The notes beneath the pieces are model-generated. The model was not told the origin of the DNA. It was given only the letters and a program-made list of their open reading frames with translations, and ran no database searches. A stretch of 64,000 bases of DNA from Thecamonas trahens ATCC 50062. Its lineage: Eukaryota; Protista; Apusomonadida. Below, in pieces: positions 22,715 to 35,002 of this stretch. Numbering within the stretch: the stretch's first letter is position 1; each line of letters opens with the position of its first letter. The DNA lies in assembly GCF_000142905.1 (NCBI RefSeq), contig NW_013657674.1:218709-282708 (forward strand), in the 5' to 3' direction. A program made the translations under genes and the position numbers.

Positions 22715-23369
22715 ATGTTCCACTCCTACCACGCCGCCTTTCTCGTCGAGGCACCGTACGCCCCCCTCCGTCCCCTACCCTGCTCCCCGGCGTCTCGGCC
22801 ATCGTCAGCCACTCACCCACCGCACACCACATCACGGCATCGGCATGGACAGTAAGACCAAGGTGGCCAAGGCGCTGGCTCGGATCGCAGAGGATACGCC
22901 TGGAGCTGTCTATCGCGGCATTGCCAAGCCCAAGCCTGAGCACGTTGTCAGCGTCTCGTTCTACACCCGATGCTGCAAGTGGCTTGATGAGGCGAGCTTC
23001 ACTGTTGTGCCGGTCGAGCATGACCGGGGCTCCTCGTACATCATGGCCTACGCCGAGTCGACCAACTTTTGCTGCTCGTGGTGTCCCTCGTGCATCCGAT
23101 CATGCTTTGCCTGCTGCGACTTTGATGACTGGGGCAAGAACGAGGCCCACATCCGCGCCATCGTCGATGGTCTCAAGTACGCCACTACAGAGCTCCACGC
23201 CGAGCGCGGCGGCGACGCTGACGATCTCCGTGCCCTCTTCGATCGCTCCTCCAAGGCTGCCTATACATATCGCGGCATCAGTGACAACACCACCACTGCT
23301 ACCGCCACTACCTCGGCTTCGGCCACGGCATCAGCCGCTTCAAACTCCTCGTTGTCATCGTCCTCCTGA
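22715..23369 (+). CDS. Cys-rich uncharacterised protein, paralog A (weakly DUF1499-like); exons 22715-22755 and 22853-23369
   Basis: Phase-2 intron GTACGC..GACAG; shares 'FYTxxCKWLD' and 'YAESTNFCCSWCPSCIRSCFACCxFDDWGKNEAHI' with paralog B. Confidence 0.8.
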
Positions 23370-23645
23370 TCGTCCTGCACTATCCACAGGATCCAGTAGA
23401 GCACGTCATAGCGCATAACCGTGGATTAATGGCCCCATAATTGCATCACAGCCTTCTCCTGCCGCTGCCTCTGCCCGTGTCACCGTTCACGATGCTTTGA
23501 CTTCACCGCTGACCGGACTTGCAGCAGATATGATGACGTGCTCATGGCGCAAGCACGCGCAGGCACTGACCAGCAATACAGCGCATGGCACACTCCCTCA
23601 CCCGGACACAGAGTCTGTTGTTGCACCCACACTCGACTCCCAATC

Positions 23646-24244
23646 ATGTTCCACTCATATCGTGCCGTGTACCAGGTCGCCGCTCCGTATGTTGAGCCAC
23701 AGAGCGGGCGGGAGAGTGAGCTTGGAGGCGGCCGGCGGACGAGGTGATAGCGACTCACGACCAGCTCGACCGCAGGAAGGAGACGGTGGCAAGCGTGATC
23801 AACTCGAACATAGAGAGCATTCCCAAGGTAGTTAATGATGGTATGACAGAAGACCGGAGCCGAAACTCGATCATCGTCAATGCTCGGTTCTACACGGCCT
23901 CGTGCAAGTGGCTCGACACCGGACGGTTCGAGATGGTGGACACTCGAGGCGGAGAGACCCTCATCCTGGCCTACGCAGAGTCGACCAACTTTTGCTGCTC
24001 GTGGTGTCCCTCGTGCATCCGATCTTGCTTTGCCTGCTGCAACTTTGACGACTGGGGCAAGAACGAAGCCCACATCGATGACACCGTTGCTCTGCTCGCC
24101 CAACAAGGTGGTGCAACTAAGCTGATGGGCGCCCGTGGCGGCGATCTGGACGACCTCCTGTCGGCCGTCTCCTCCTCAGATGGTGTCTACACCTTTTCCG
24201 ACAGCAGCGATGCCGTGCCCGACTATGGCTCGACATCGCAATAG
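23646..24244 (+). CDS. Cys-rich uncharacterised protein, paralog B; exons 23646-23686 and 23776-24244
   Basis: Same MFHSY start and same intron position and phase (GTATGT..CGCAG) as paralog A. Confidence 0.8.
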
Positions 24245-24565
24245 TCGCATCGCAAGCCACCTGCTGACGCCTAGCCAAGTAGACCGGCATGTTGCCATCG
24301 TCGTCTTTGCCACCTGGCCAGTTTGTCAATATCAACCATCAATGTAGCACCATGTTTGGTATTTCCTATACATGACTCGAACTCTCCGTCATCGCCCTCT
24401 GGATGCCCGCATCCATCAAACCGCAGACGTCACGTGTCCACGTCAAGTGGCAGCAGCCATCTTCCACCCCACCCCCACCCCCCACCTCACCCCACCCCCA
24501 CCGCCACCCGGGCCCACTGCCTACGAGCCCTTCCCTCCACATCCACTGTGAGAGACCTCGTCCTG

Positions 24566-25956
24566 ATGCTGACACCAGCGTCGACGTCGTCACGGTCGCC
24601 TGCACCCTCGCTGGCTGAGCGTGTGCTCATGCGACTTGGTGCTCGCCTTGTCTCGCACCCTCGCTACGCCTGCCTCTGCCTGGCTCTTGTCCTGGCCACC
24701 CTCTTCTACTTTGGCGCAAACTCGTCCACTCGTACGGCCTGATCCTTTCCCCTCCTTTCCTCCTCCCCCTCCCTCCCTCGCTGCACTCATGCTCCTGCTC
24801 ACTCGCCGATGACTGCACAGGCGGCTTTGACGGACCGCCCAAGCGCAGGCAGGAAATCGTCTCGCACACGTCGGCGTCCATGCCGGATTCGACCGACGCA
24901 GGCTCTACATCAAGTGGGACCGGTTCCGGGACTGACAAGCCTGATAGAGCCCACGGCCGCAAGCCCGAAAGGCAACATGGCGGATCGCACAAGCGGGACA
25001 TCCGATACGGACCGGTGGCAAAGTGCGCACGAGCTTGGGCCAGGGCACATAACGACGAGATGGCGGCAGTGAACAAGATGCTGGAGGCCGAGGGCGTCGA
25101 TGGCTCACAGGGCTGTGTCCGCACCATGCCCGCCTCGCTTGTCGACAGCTACACTCAGGACGGCAAGCTGGGCGTCGACTCGTGGTACAAGTGCCAGCCG
25201 TTCCAGGGCCACACCGAGACGGTGTACACGACCCAGCAGATCGACGACAATCTTCTCCGGATTGCGCTGGGCAAGAAGCTGTACTACAAATACGCCGCTT
25301 TGTTTATGTACAAGGCTGCGGCGGCCTTTCCCTGGGCCGGCAAGGACGTGGCCATCATGGGCTCACAGCGGCCCAACTTTGAGTCGATCTGCATCTACTA
25401 CAACGCCTCAACATGCACCACTATTGACTACCACAAGCCCATCTCCAAGGACAGCCGGCTGCAGACCATGACCATCGACGAGTGGGATGCCGCGCCGCGC
25501 CGCTTCGACGCTGCCATCTCGGTCTCCTCGTTTGAGCACGACGGCCTCGGCCGCTACGGCGACCCGCTCAATCCCGACGGCGACCTTGGCGCCGTAGCCA
25601 AGATGTCATGCGTTCTCAAGCCGGGCGGCATCCTCTATCTCTCTGTCCCGGTTGCCAAGGACAAGATCGTGTGGAACATGCACCGGGTCTACGGCCGCCT
25701 CCGTCTGCCCAAGCTCCTGGCCCCGTTCACGCTGCTGGACGTGATCGGTGACAACCAGCTCAAGGAGCGCCTCAACGGGTGCGACTCGGGCGCCCACGGT
25801 GACTACCAGCCCATCTTTGTCCTCCGCAACGCCCCGCAGCCGCATCCCTACTTTAACGCGGAGCGTCTCGACGAGCTGTTTGGCGCCTCAGAGCCACTCT
25901 TGGCCGACGACTCGGCCCCGCAGTGCTCGTCAACTCCCACTCTGCGTCCTACTTAA
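24566..25956 (+). CDS. DUF268-family SAM-dependent methyltransferase-like type II membrane protein; exons 24566-24731 and 24821-25956
   Basis: 'VAIMGSQRP', 'SSFEHDGLGRYGDPLNPDGDL', 'WNMHRVYGRLRLP'. N-terminal TM anchor on exon 1; phase-1 intron GTACGG..GCACAG. Confidence 0.85.
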
Positions 25957-26161
25957 ACGCTCTCACACCCGTGCTCCATCCCATCCCGCTCTCGTTCTCA
26001 TCTACTTGTGCTTGCCCGGCCCGGCCTGTCACTCTAGGCGCCATCACTTGGCAAACTGTCAGGCGAAGCCACACTCCTCCCGACCCCCCCCCTCCCCAAC
26101 CCCTTCCACCCTCACCCCTTCCACCCCCCTTCCACCCCCTCACCCATTCCCCTCCTTTTAC

Positions 26162-29100
26162 ATGAGTACTGACCGCCGCCGAGGCCGGGTGGTGCGGCAG
26201 TCGCGCAAGTCGCGGTCCATGGTCTGGGTCGTCAAGTCGCCAGCATGCCTCACGTGCCGGGTACCCCTCGGCCTCCGCCACCGCAAGCACCACTGCTACG
26301 TCTGCGGTGAGCTCTTCTGCGCTTCTTGTGTGGCATACACTGTCCATGACTCTGGCAATGATGGCGTGCGCACAAAAGCTCGCCAAGCCTGTGCCGTCTG
26401 CTGGCTAACAGATGCCCGCCAGGAAGCCATTGTCCTCCGCGACCGCCTCCATGCCGCCGCCGCCGCATTTGCGTCGTCCATGGCCTTCCCTCCCTGGCCG
26501 GACGAGATCGATGTCGAGGCGCATGCCTTGGCGGATGATGCGGATGGCAACAGCGCCGAAGCCGATGTCAAAGCCGCGGATGGGCCCGCCGATGTTGGGG
26601 CCGATGCACAGGCCGCTGCCCGCGCCGCACGTGCCACCTACAAGGCCAAGCGCTCGTCGCGGCTCTCGGTTTCAACCACGTCGCTCAACGTGCCACCTGG
26701 CCCGGGCACGCCATGCCTTCCAATCGAGCACCTGGCGCTGCCGGGTGCGTCGATCGCCATCGAGGACGCCGGCTCGGACCTCGGCTCGCTCTCCGACTCG
26801 GACGACGGCTCGGTGGCGGCATCGCGGCCGCCATCGTGGGGCGCCTCGTCATCGTCCTCGATTAGCATGATCGGTGATACCGAGCCTGGGCCGTCGGGCG
26901 AAGAGCCGCCCGCCAGTGGAGACGAGCCATTGCCGCCGGCAGCCGCCAGCGTCGAGGATGGCTCTGCCAGCCAACCCAGGTCTGAGTTTCTGCAGCGGAT
27001 CTTCTTCACCCTCTCGGTCTCGGAGCTCCACTTTCCCCGTCACCGCATACCGGATTCTATGCCATGATCATGTACTCCAAGCCATGGAACTCGACCGGGC
27101 CGTCGACTCGGTATGTCGAGGCTGCGCGGACCGAGGTCATCTCGCGGGCTGGCCACGTCAACTCGGGCTCGTTTGCGACCTTGCTGTCTCTGCACAGGCC
27201 CAGAGCCGAGGAGCCGTTTGACCTCTCCCCACTCAAGTTTGCGGTGTACATGTCGTCGGGCGACAACCTCAAGCTGCCGTCCGAAGAGGATCTCGTGGGC
27301 GCCATCCGGGTCTCGGGCACCATGCAGCCGGGCCAGCACGCGACGACGGCGCTCAAGACCCGCCGCGGAGTCGAAGTCGGCCAGCTGAACATCCGCGCCG
27401 AAGGCGTTGCACCGCCGTTTGACTCGCCATCTCTTGTCGACCACCGGTACAAGTGGGGCGGACTGTATGTTCACGAGACGCTCGAGGCGTCGTCGTTTGC
27501 GTTTACAACCGCCCAGGCTGCGCTCATTCTTGCTGGTCAGCGGCACGTGCTTGACCTGCGAGTTGCGCTCAAGGCTGCTGAGGCGACGCTTCGTGAGGTG
27601 CAGGCGGAGGCCGCCGAGTTTGACGAGGCTTGCGCCGCTGGGCGTGCCAAGGCCAAAGACCGGCCGCGGTCGCTCTCGGCGCGGGTCCGGGACGCGCTTC
27701 TTGATGGGGTCCGCATCTTTGAGCACTTGTACTCGATCCGGATTGGGCTCGCAGCAGCTGAAGCTGGAGCGGTGGACAGCAAGCCGTTCAAGCCATCGAC
27801 AGCCAAGTCCGACGTCAGTCTCCGGTTTGTGGCCACCAACCTCCACGTGCAGCGCATGTCCGTGGGCACGACGCTGGGTCGGCCGCTGCGGACATACTGC
27901 ACGGTGACGGTGGGCGCGCCGGCAGATCACGCGTCTGGCTTCAAAGACGGCGGCGGGATCCGCCAGCTGGAGGCCAAACTCATGGACGCCATCCGGGCGT
28001 CAGCGTCGGGGCCAGCTGACGTCGATCTTCAGGAGCTGCAGTGGCGGTTGCTGGCCCGGCGCGACGCTGCACAGGCGCAAGCACTCGCAGCGCTTGTCAC
28101 CGCCTTTGTCGCCAACTTTAACAACGCAGTCCGGGAATTGCTCTACCCGGGCTCGCCAGAGGCCAGGCTGGCTGCCGAAGCTAGCCTCGACCTCCTTGCC
28201 CGGTTTGGTTTTGTCTTTGAGCTCGAGTCGCTGCTATCGACTGCTGGCTCAGAGCTGGGCATGCTGGGCGATGCCGAGGCGGCGATGAGATCGCTTCGCT
28301 CCGTCCGCATCTTTCTCTACCGGTGGGAGGATGCGCACAAAGCCGGCGAGACGGTACCGGTGCCCAGCGATGCTGCCGAGGTTGATCTGCTCGGCTCGGA
28401 CACCGAATGGATTGGCATTGTGCCGTGCCTTGTCGACGTCCGGCACTCAGACCTGAGCCGGTCGGCGGCCGAGGTTCGCCTCTGGCTCTCAATGCCTCCC
28501 GGCGTAGAAGAACAGCCCGAGTACCCAGATGCGCTGCGGCGGGTACTGAATGCGGCGACGAGTGGTGGAATTGAGGTCTTCCCGATTGTCTTTACGCAGG
28601 GTATCAACGAGAAGCAGTCGATGGCCAACTTTGGCACAGCGCACCCGATGCTCTCGTCGCTCTTTGGCAGCTCTGTGGCGCAGAGCGAGATCAACAACGA
28701 AAACCTGGCGCAGCTGGCGTCAGTGTATGCCAAGGTGCGCTCGGCGCTCGAGGCGCGGGTTGCCGACGGCGACTTGCTTGTCGCGCCGCTCGACGAGCTC
28801 GACGCCCGCCTGGCGCAGATCAGCGAGACTGTGGCGCTGGCGGCGGTCGGCGGAAAGAAGAACGTCTCGGTTCTCACCCAGACTTCGCGTTTTGTGCGGA
28901 GGCTCGGAGGCGGGCGGGCGACGTGTTGCAAGTCAGCTAAGGACCGAACGTCGATGGCGGTGACGCTCGAGCAGGCCTCCCTCCTCGCCGACAATCATGG
29001 GCTAGAGACCGAAATCCATGCAATGTGTACGGTGATGCGTGCGCTCGGCGTGCGTCGCGAAAACGCGTTTGTCAACGCCGGCCGGCGCAAGTACGCGTTC

Positions 29101-29175
29101 AACGCCTTCCAGGCCATGCTCCTCCCGTCGGCGTACAAGCCGCCGGCCGGCGCCGGCGGTTCGGTCGTCTCGTAA
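26162..29175 (+). CDS. INPP4: FYVE + C2-like + inositol polyphosphate 4-phosphatase; split into two frames at ~27050-27064
   Basis: FYVE 'RKHHCYVCGELFCASC'; INPP4 motifs 'FKPSTAK', 'FVATNLHVQ', 'TVGAPADH', 'ESLLSTAGSELGML', 'TQGINEKQ'; catalytic 'CKSAKDRTSM'. Confidence 0.88.
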
Positions 29176-29181
29176 GGTGCT

Positions 29182-31175
29182 TTACTCGGGAGTGTACGCC
29201 GCTGCGAGCGAGTCCCAGACCGCCACGATCTGGCGCGAGAGCTCGGCCTCGAGTGGCGAGAGGCAAGTAAAGAGCGAGGCCATGCGATCAGCGAGTTTTG
29301 CGCGGAAGTGGGCAACCTCGTCGAGGATGCACTTGCGGACAAAGGCGCACCACATGATGCGGTACTCCAGCTTTTCCTTGTGGTGGGCAACGAGGGCCTC
29401 TTGCTTGGTGATGTCCTTGGCGTTGCCTTTGGCAACCAGCTGGGCAAGCTTGGCCTCGGCCTCGGCGGTCTTCTTGACGGATCCGGCGTGCTTCTCAAAT
29501 GGCAGCGCGGCTGCAGCGTAGATCTCGAGCAGCGAGTCAGCGTTGCCCAGCACGTCGCGGAGAACGTCACCAAAGTGCAGCTGCTCCTCGCCGTACTGGT
29601 TGCGCGCGGTGTCGGCAAGGCGCGAGGCGGCGACAGTCAGCTCGCCAACCACGTCGCTGACCGGATGGTTGTCGGGCGCCCACAGGAGAGGGACGCCCTG
29701 CGGAGTGGCCCACGCGCCAAAGGCGTCGGTAAAGCCGGCCCACTCGGTGGCAAGCTCAGAGCGCTTGGAAGCGAGGCCGTCGGCGGCGATGACCACCGGT
29801 TCGATGCGGGTGCGGAAGACGGCCAGCTGCTCCTCGATGGCAGCAACCTGCTTCTCCGAGCTAAGCGGAAGCTTCTCGACGGCGTGCTTGGCGGCGGGGT
29901 TGAAGACTAGCTCCTGGTCAAGCTTCTCGAGCTTTTCCTTCTTGAGCTTGGCGAAAGCCTTGGCATCGGTACAGGTGAGGAAGCCCTCGAGATGCTCCCA
30001 GCGGAAAACGTCTGACCGCTCGAGGAGGAGGCGCAGGAACTTTTCGAGGCCGCGCATCCTATTCTGGATGAAGAGCTCCTCAAAGCGGCCAGCAAACTGC
30101 TTGGTAGGGAGCTGCGGGACGAGGCGATACGGGTAGAGGGTGACCAGCCGCTCGCGGAGCCAGACAAAGTCTGAATAGCGACGGTGGACTGAGACGTCTG
30201 GCGGCTTCGTGGTTACCAGGTACTCGGTATGTTTGCGGACCTTGCCCTTGGTCACGGGTGCCGAGATAGTAACGACTCGGGCAGCCTTGGACGGCTTGGA
30301 GCTCGATGCGGTGGCAGTGGTGGCCTTGGACGCCGAACGCGACGGAAGGGTGGCCATCGGCGGCGCAGTAGAGGTCGGAGAGGTCGAGCCAAAGTCGGCC
30401 TCGGAGCCAGAAGCAGACAGCATGCCCTCCGTGTCGTCAAACATCGAGTCGCGGATGCCGCCCTGCGGCACAGCAGGTGCGTCGGGCACGTTGGACGGCG
30501 CAATGACCAACTCCTCAGGAGGAACAAAGGGGTTGCCGTCGGCGGCGGCGGCAGCCTCGTCGAGGGCGGTAAAGTAGGCGACGACTTCGTCCTCGTCAAA
30601 CTCGGGCCACTCGACGCCGTCGAAGACCGGCGGCTGGAGCACGACAGTGTTTGCCGGAGGGTCAGAGTGCCAACCCGGTGGGATCGAGGTCATCACACCT
30701 TCACCGCGCTGGATGAGGGCAATGAGCTTGAGCGCGGTGAGAACCTGGTCGTGGTCGAGGGCGCCCGTGAGTGCAGTATCGACGCGGTCCCAAACTTGGG
30801 CAAGAATCGGGCGCGGCAGCGACGACATGACAAACTTGGCCACCGCCGCACGGCCGCCTACCGTCTCTTCTTCATCCATGACCCAGTCTGCAAGGTAGTC
30901 GTAGATGGCACGGACCTGGAAGACCGACTCAATCGACTTGAGCGACGACAGCTCGGCGTCGACCGCCAGCGTCCGGCAGCGGTCCTCTTCCGACGGAGCC
31001 ATGGCCGCGTGGATGGTTTGAAAAGCGGTGTCGGGCGCCGATGTGTCGGGCGCCGATGTGTCGGGTGTCTCGGCCTCTGCCGGCTCCGGGTCCGAGTCAG
31101 CACGTGCCGGCGGAATCGGCGGGTTGGCACGGCGTGGCGGAGGGGAAGGGCATTCCTGCTTGGGCTCGGGCTGGA

Positions 31176-31215
<40 letters not shown>

Positions 31216-31518
31216 GGGCTCGGGCTCGGGTTCGGGCTGGGGCTCGTCGTCGTCGTCGGAAGAGCTCACGTCCGACTCGACCGACAGATGGTCATCGGGA
31301 GCAGCAGGGGCAGGGATGTCGGCCAGCACGTCGGCATCGGCCACGGTAGTAGCAGCAGGCTCGGCAACGGCATCGGTAGCGGTATCGGTCGTAGCAGGCT
31401 CAGCAATGGCGTCGGCAACGGAATCGGCAACGGGTGCAGCAGGCTCGGTCTCGAGCTCTGTCGGGGGACGCGGACGCGGCGGAGGGCGCGGGCGAGGAGG
31501 GGGGGACGGACGCTCCAT
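29182..31518 (-). CDS. EH-like + PX + BAR sorting nexin (SNX8/Mvp1-like)
   Basis: EH-like 'SLPRPILAQVWDRVD...ALKLIALIQ'; PX 'VHRRYSDFVWLRERL..YPYRLVPQLPTK...RMRGLEKFL'; helical BAR C-terminus. Confidence 0.85.
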
Positions 31519-31796
31519 AGGCCGTGAGGGGAGTCTCACACGGAAGAGAGAGGTGTGGGCGGATGGTGTAGTTGGGTGGGTGGGTGGGGTGGGGGGGGGG
31601 GGAGGCAGAGGTAGGTGCCTCGAGAAACCTCTGGCATTTGGCCACGTTGCCACACGTGCGACAGGGGGGGGGGGGGGGCATCGGTCTCCGCAGCAGTCCA
31701 GCATGGTCGATGAGGCAATGAAGGGGGTGGGCGGGGAGGGGATACGGATTCATTGTGTGGGTGGGTGCGCTCGAGATCAGCAGCGGGTAGAGGGCG

Positions 31797-32591
31797 TCAT
31801 GGCTTGGTGATGATGACATGGAGGGCCTTAACCCAGGTGCGACGCAGGGCGTCGGTCGGCAGGCCAAAGACAAAGACCTTGTTGCCTCGGCGGAGCTCAA
31901 AGGTGTGAGTGTGGCGAGAGACAGGGAGGGTATCGGGCCGGTCGCCACCGCGTGCACGGCGGCGGGATCGGCGAGGGCGGTGGCGGGCAGAGGCGTGCGG
32001 TGTGGTAGACGCCATGGCCGCGTTCATCCGCTCCATCTCAGCCTTACGAGACGCCTCGTCCTCGGCAACGGCGGCACCCTCCATGCAGTCGGCATACTCC
32101 TTGTCAATCGAGCCTGGAGCGTCCTCCAGCAGCTCGCACTCGCGGAGCGGGAGGATGATCTTGGCGGCGCGCTTGAGTGACTGCTTGGCGTAGTAGTCAG
32201 CCAGATCGCGAAGAACAAAGAGATGCTCCTTGACGACGGCGACCCAGCGGAGCTTGGGCTTCTTGAGCGCACCTGCTACCAGTCCGCAGGCCTTGTCCTT
32301 GACCTTCGCCACCGTCACCACCATCCAGGCGTCCGACACGGTGGCCAGCGGCCGGGCGACGACTGACGGAGCCCGAGCGCCACGTATAAAGCCAGTCCGT
32401 GCCACCACCGGTCGCCCATCCTCCCATCCGGGAAGCATACCCGGTCCGATGACCACATCCACCGCCTGAGCAGCCACCACAGCGTTCTCGGTCGACGGGG
32501 CAGCCACAGGTCGTGGCCCGCTCGGCACCTGTGTCTCCCCCAGCTCAGTCCGGAAGGCAGCCACCAGCACAGCCGGTCCCTCGTCGCTCAT
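31797..32591 (-). CDS. PH-domain protein
   Basis: 'KKPKLRWVAV', 'HTFELRRGNKVFVFG...RRTWVKALH' mark PH strands and the terminal helix. Confidence 0.7.
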   Translation of the reverse strand: MSDEGPAVLVAAFRTELGETQVPSGPRPVAAPSTENAVVAAQAVDVVIGPGMLPGWEDGRPVVARTGFIRGARAPSVVARPLATVSDAWMVVTVAKVKDKACGLVAGALKKPKLRWVAVVKEHLFVLRDLADYYAKQSLKRAAKIILPLRECELLEDAPGSIDKEYADCMEGAAVAEDEASRKAEMERMNAAMASTTPHASARHRPRRSRRRARGGDRPDTLPVSRHTHTFELRRGNKVFVFGLPTDALRRTWVKALHVIITKP

Positions 32592-32724
32592 AGTGCAACA
32601 AAGGGGGAGGAGAGGAGAGGAGGGTTATGTGTGTGTGTGTGGGGGGGGGGGGGGGGAGGGTAGGGGAGGGGAGGGGAAGGGGGAGGGGGGAGGGAGGGGG
32701 GAGGTTCTTCGAATCGCCTGCCGG

Positions 32725-32800
32725 GTGACCGGTGACCGGTGGCTGGTGGCTGGTGGCCGGTGGCCGGTGGCTGGTGACCGGTGGCCGGTGGCCGGTGGCT
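32725..32800 (+). repeat. 7-bp tandem repeat (GTGRCYG) in a divergent intergenic region
   Basis: About 10 units of gtgaccg/gtggccg/gtggctg. Confidence 0.85.
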
Positions 32801-33066
32801 TGGAAGTGACGGATGGACGACATTGGCGTGCGGCGTGAGCCGCCGTGTTCCTCTCTGCGGGACATGACCACATACTGTTGCACACACATCTCACCACACA
32901 TACACACATACACACATACACGTGCGTATACCTACGGGGTTCATAAGGATATACTCGCTTGCTACAACAACGACTGCGAGTGGTGACGTCGCGCGACTGA
33001 CGGCAAAGACGACGACAACGGCAGACCAAAGGCAGTCGAGGAGATTCTGGCTGGGGCGAGGGCACG

Positions 33067-33774
33067 ATGGAGAACGGAATCAGATGGATGGCGGTGATGG
33101 TGATGTTATTGGCGATGATGGTGGTGTGTGTGGAACGTACCGTCGGACAGACAGACTGTGGGACGCTGACCGAGTGCGGCAGCTGCGCCGAGAACACCGG
33201 CGGCATCGTCTGCGGTTGGTGTAACGGGACCATGAACGCGTGCTTGCCCGTGGTGGCCGAGGGCAATGGCTATCGTGGCAACTGCACCACCGGTAACAAC
33301 CTTATCATCCAGGCCCCGTTCTGTGACCCAGACTACGAGCCGGTTGACCCACCGTCAAAGTCGACCGCCGATCAGATCCGCGACTGGTTCGACGACAACC
33401 TGCTCTACGTCATTGCTGGTATCATCATCATTATCTTTCTTTGCTGCCTCTGCTGCATCATCATGTGCATCCGCTCCAGATCGGCGGACAAGAAAAAAGA
33501 AAAGAAGCAAAACGCTGCTGTCGCCGCTGTCGCGGGCAAGGGCAAGGGCAAGGATAAGCAGTCCAAGGAGGACAAGACCAAGGCCAAGCAAAAGGCCGCC
33601 CTGGCCGCCATCGCAGGCACAAGCGCGGGCGCTTCGGCTGCGGGAGGCGCAGGCGCCGCAAAGGCTTCGCCAGCACCCGCATCAGCCTCGCTCGACGACG
33701 TCAAGCTCGACGACCTCGCCGCCGAGGACATGGTCGACGACATGCTCGGCCAGGACGACAACATGTTCCTTTAG
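33067..33774 (+). CDS. Type I membrane protein: signal peptide, PSI domain, TM, Cys-rich juxtamembrane (PTTG1IP-like)
   Basis: 'CGTLTECGSCAE...CGWC...C' PSI pattern; TM followed by CCLCC. Confidence 0.75.
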   Translation: MENGIRWMAVMVMLLAMMVVCVERTVGQTDCGTLTECGSCAENTGGIVCGWCNGTMNACLPVVAEGNGYRGNCTTGNNLIIQAPFCDPDYEPVDPPSKSTADQIRDWFDDNLLYVIAGIIIIIFLCCLCCIIMCIRSRSADKKKEKKQNAAVAAVAGKGKGKDKQSKEDKTKAKQKAALAAIAGTSAGASAAGGAGAAKASPAPASASLDDVKLDDLAAEDMVDDMLGQDDNMFL

Positions 33775-34874
33775 GTCGACGACGAAGATGACATCTGCGT
33801 GTCTGTTGATGAGACTGAGCTCGCAAAGCTGTTGTCCGTTGCAGATGCAGACGCTGCTGCCGCCGACGCTGACCACGAGCCGACGCCCCGGCGCGTTTGC
33901 GCCGTCCGAGCCTCGACAACGTGAGCATGCATCGGAATGATCTCGAACCTTACTTGTCCAAGCTCAGCCTCCTTCGAAAGCCAGTGGCCAGCAACGCCTG
34001 CGGCCATGACAAACTCGCCGAACGGCGCGACCCATGTCCGTGAGTCGCGCCCATTGATGGCGCGGTTGACGGCAATCGCCACCGCGAGGATGGCTGCTCC
34101 GAGGGCAGACGTGGCAAGCGCAAGTAGCCGGACCCGATACACCACCATCGGTGACCTCAGCCAATGAAGCCATGCACATAGCCGCCGCCACGAGCCCCGG
34201 CTTCCGGGGCCCGGTGCAGTGTTGAGTCCCAACGCCATTCGCAGCCGCCACATCCGTACATCCTCCACTTGGTACCAGATCGAGCCGGCAAACATCATAG
34301 CTGCGCCTGTCGAGTGTGGAATCTGCATGTGGATTTCCTGGAACGAGGCAACGAGGACAAAGCCGACAACAACGCCAATCGCTGCGATCTTGGACCGCCG
34401 GTTACAGGCCACAAAGGTGGCCAGCTGCGCCAGCCCCCTCTCCGAGGCGTACGGCAGTGCCAGTGCCACCCGCCGGGTGGCATCAAACGCTACCGCCGGA
34501 AACCCGATCATCATCGCACCAGCAAGCACCACCAGGCCGCAGGTGAAGAACGTCGACTGCGGCGGATAGTCGCCGGTCTCTGAAATGTACGACACGTCGC
34601 GCTGATCGTAGCCATCATCGTAGGCAAAGAACAAGGCGTAGACAACCACAAAGCAGAGAAAGCAGAACAGCAGCGAGCCTCCTGCCAGCCCGCCCAGCTT
34701 GATCACCGTCTTGCCCTCCTCCTCTACACCCATCGCCTGTCCGCTCTCGGCTTCGCCACTCGCCGACCATTCGGACGGCGACGAGACGGAGCTGCCGCTG
34801 CCACCACTGCCGGCACTGCCGCCTGCGGAAGGCCTTGTCCTCGCACTCTCTCCTGCCGAGCTGGTACTGCTCAT
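33771..34874 (-). CDS. Second DRAM/Frag1/Sfk1 membrane protein
   Basis: 'SYISETGDYPPQSTFF' and 'LVASFQEIHMQIPHSTGA' are DRAM hallmarks. Confidence 0.85.
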   Translation of the reverse strand: MSSTSSAGESARTRPSAGGSAGSGGSGSSVSSPSEWSASGEAESGQAMGVEEEGKTVIKLGGLAGGSLLFCFLCFVVVYALFFAYDDGYDQRDVSYISETGDYPPQSTFFTCGLVVLAGAMMIGFPAVAFDATRRVALALPYASERGLAQLATFVACNRRSKIAAIGVVVGFVLVASFQEIHMQIPHSTGAAMMFAGSIWYQVEDVRMWRLRMALGLNTAPGPGSRGSWRRLCAWLHWLRSPMVVYRVRLLALATSALGAAILAVAIAVNRAINGRDSRTWVAPFGEFVMAAGVAGHWLSKEAELGQVRFEIIPMHAHVVEARTAQTRRGVGSWSASAAAASASATDNSFASSVSSTDTQMSSSSST

Positions 34875-35002
34875 GGCTGCCGGTCGCCGTGCTTTCTACT
34901 TGTGGCGATTGGTCGTCAAGTGTGTGCCTGGCTGACGAGGGGGGAGGGTGGGCTCGGTCGCTGTCTTCAATACGGGCGCAAGTAACCTGACGCGTCCAGT
35001 CT

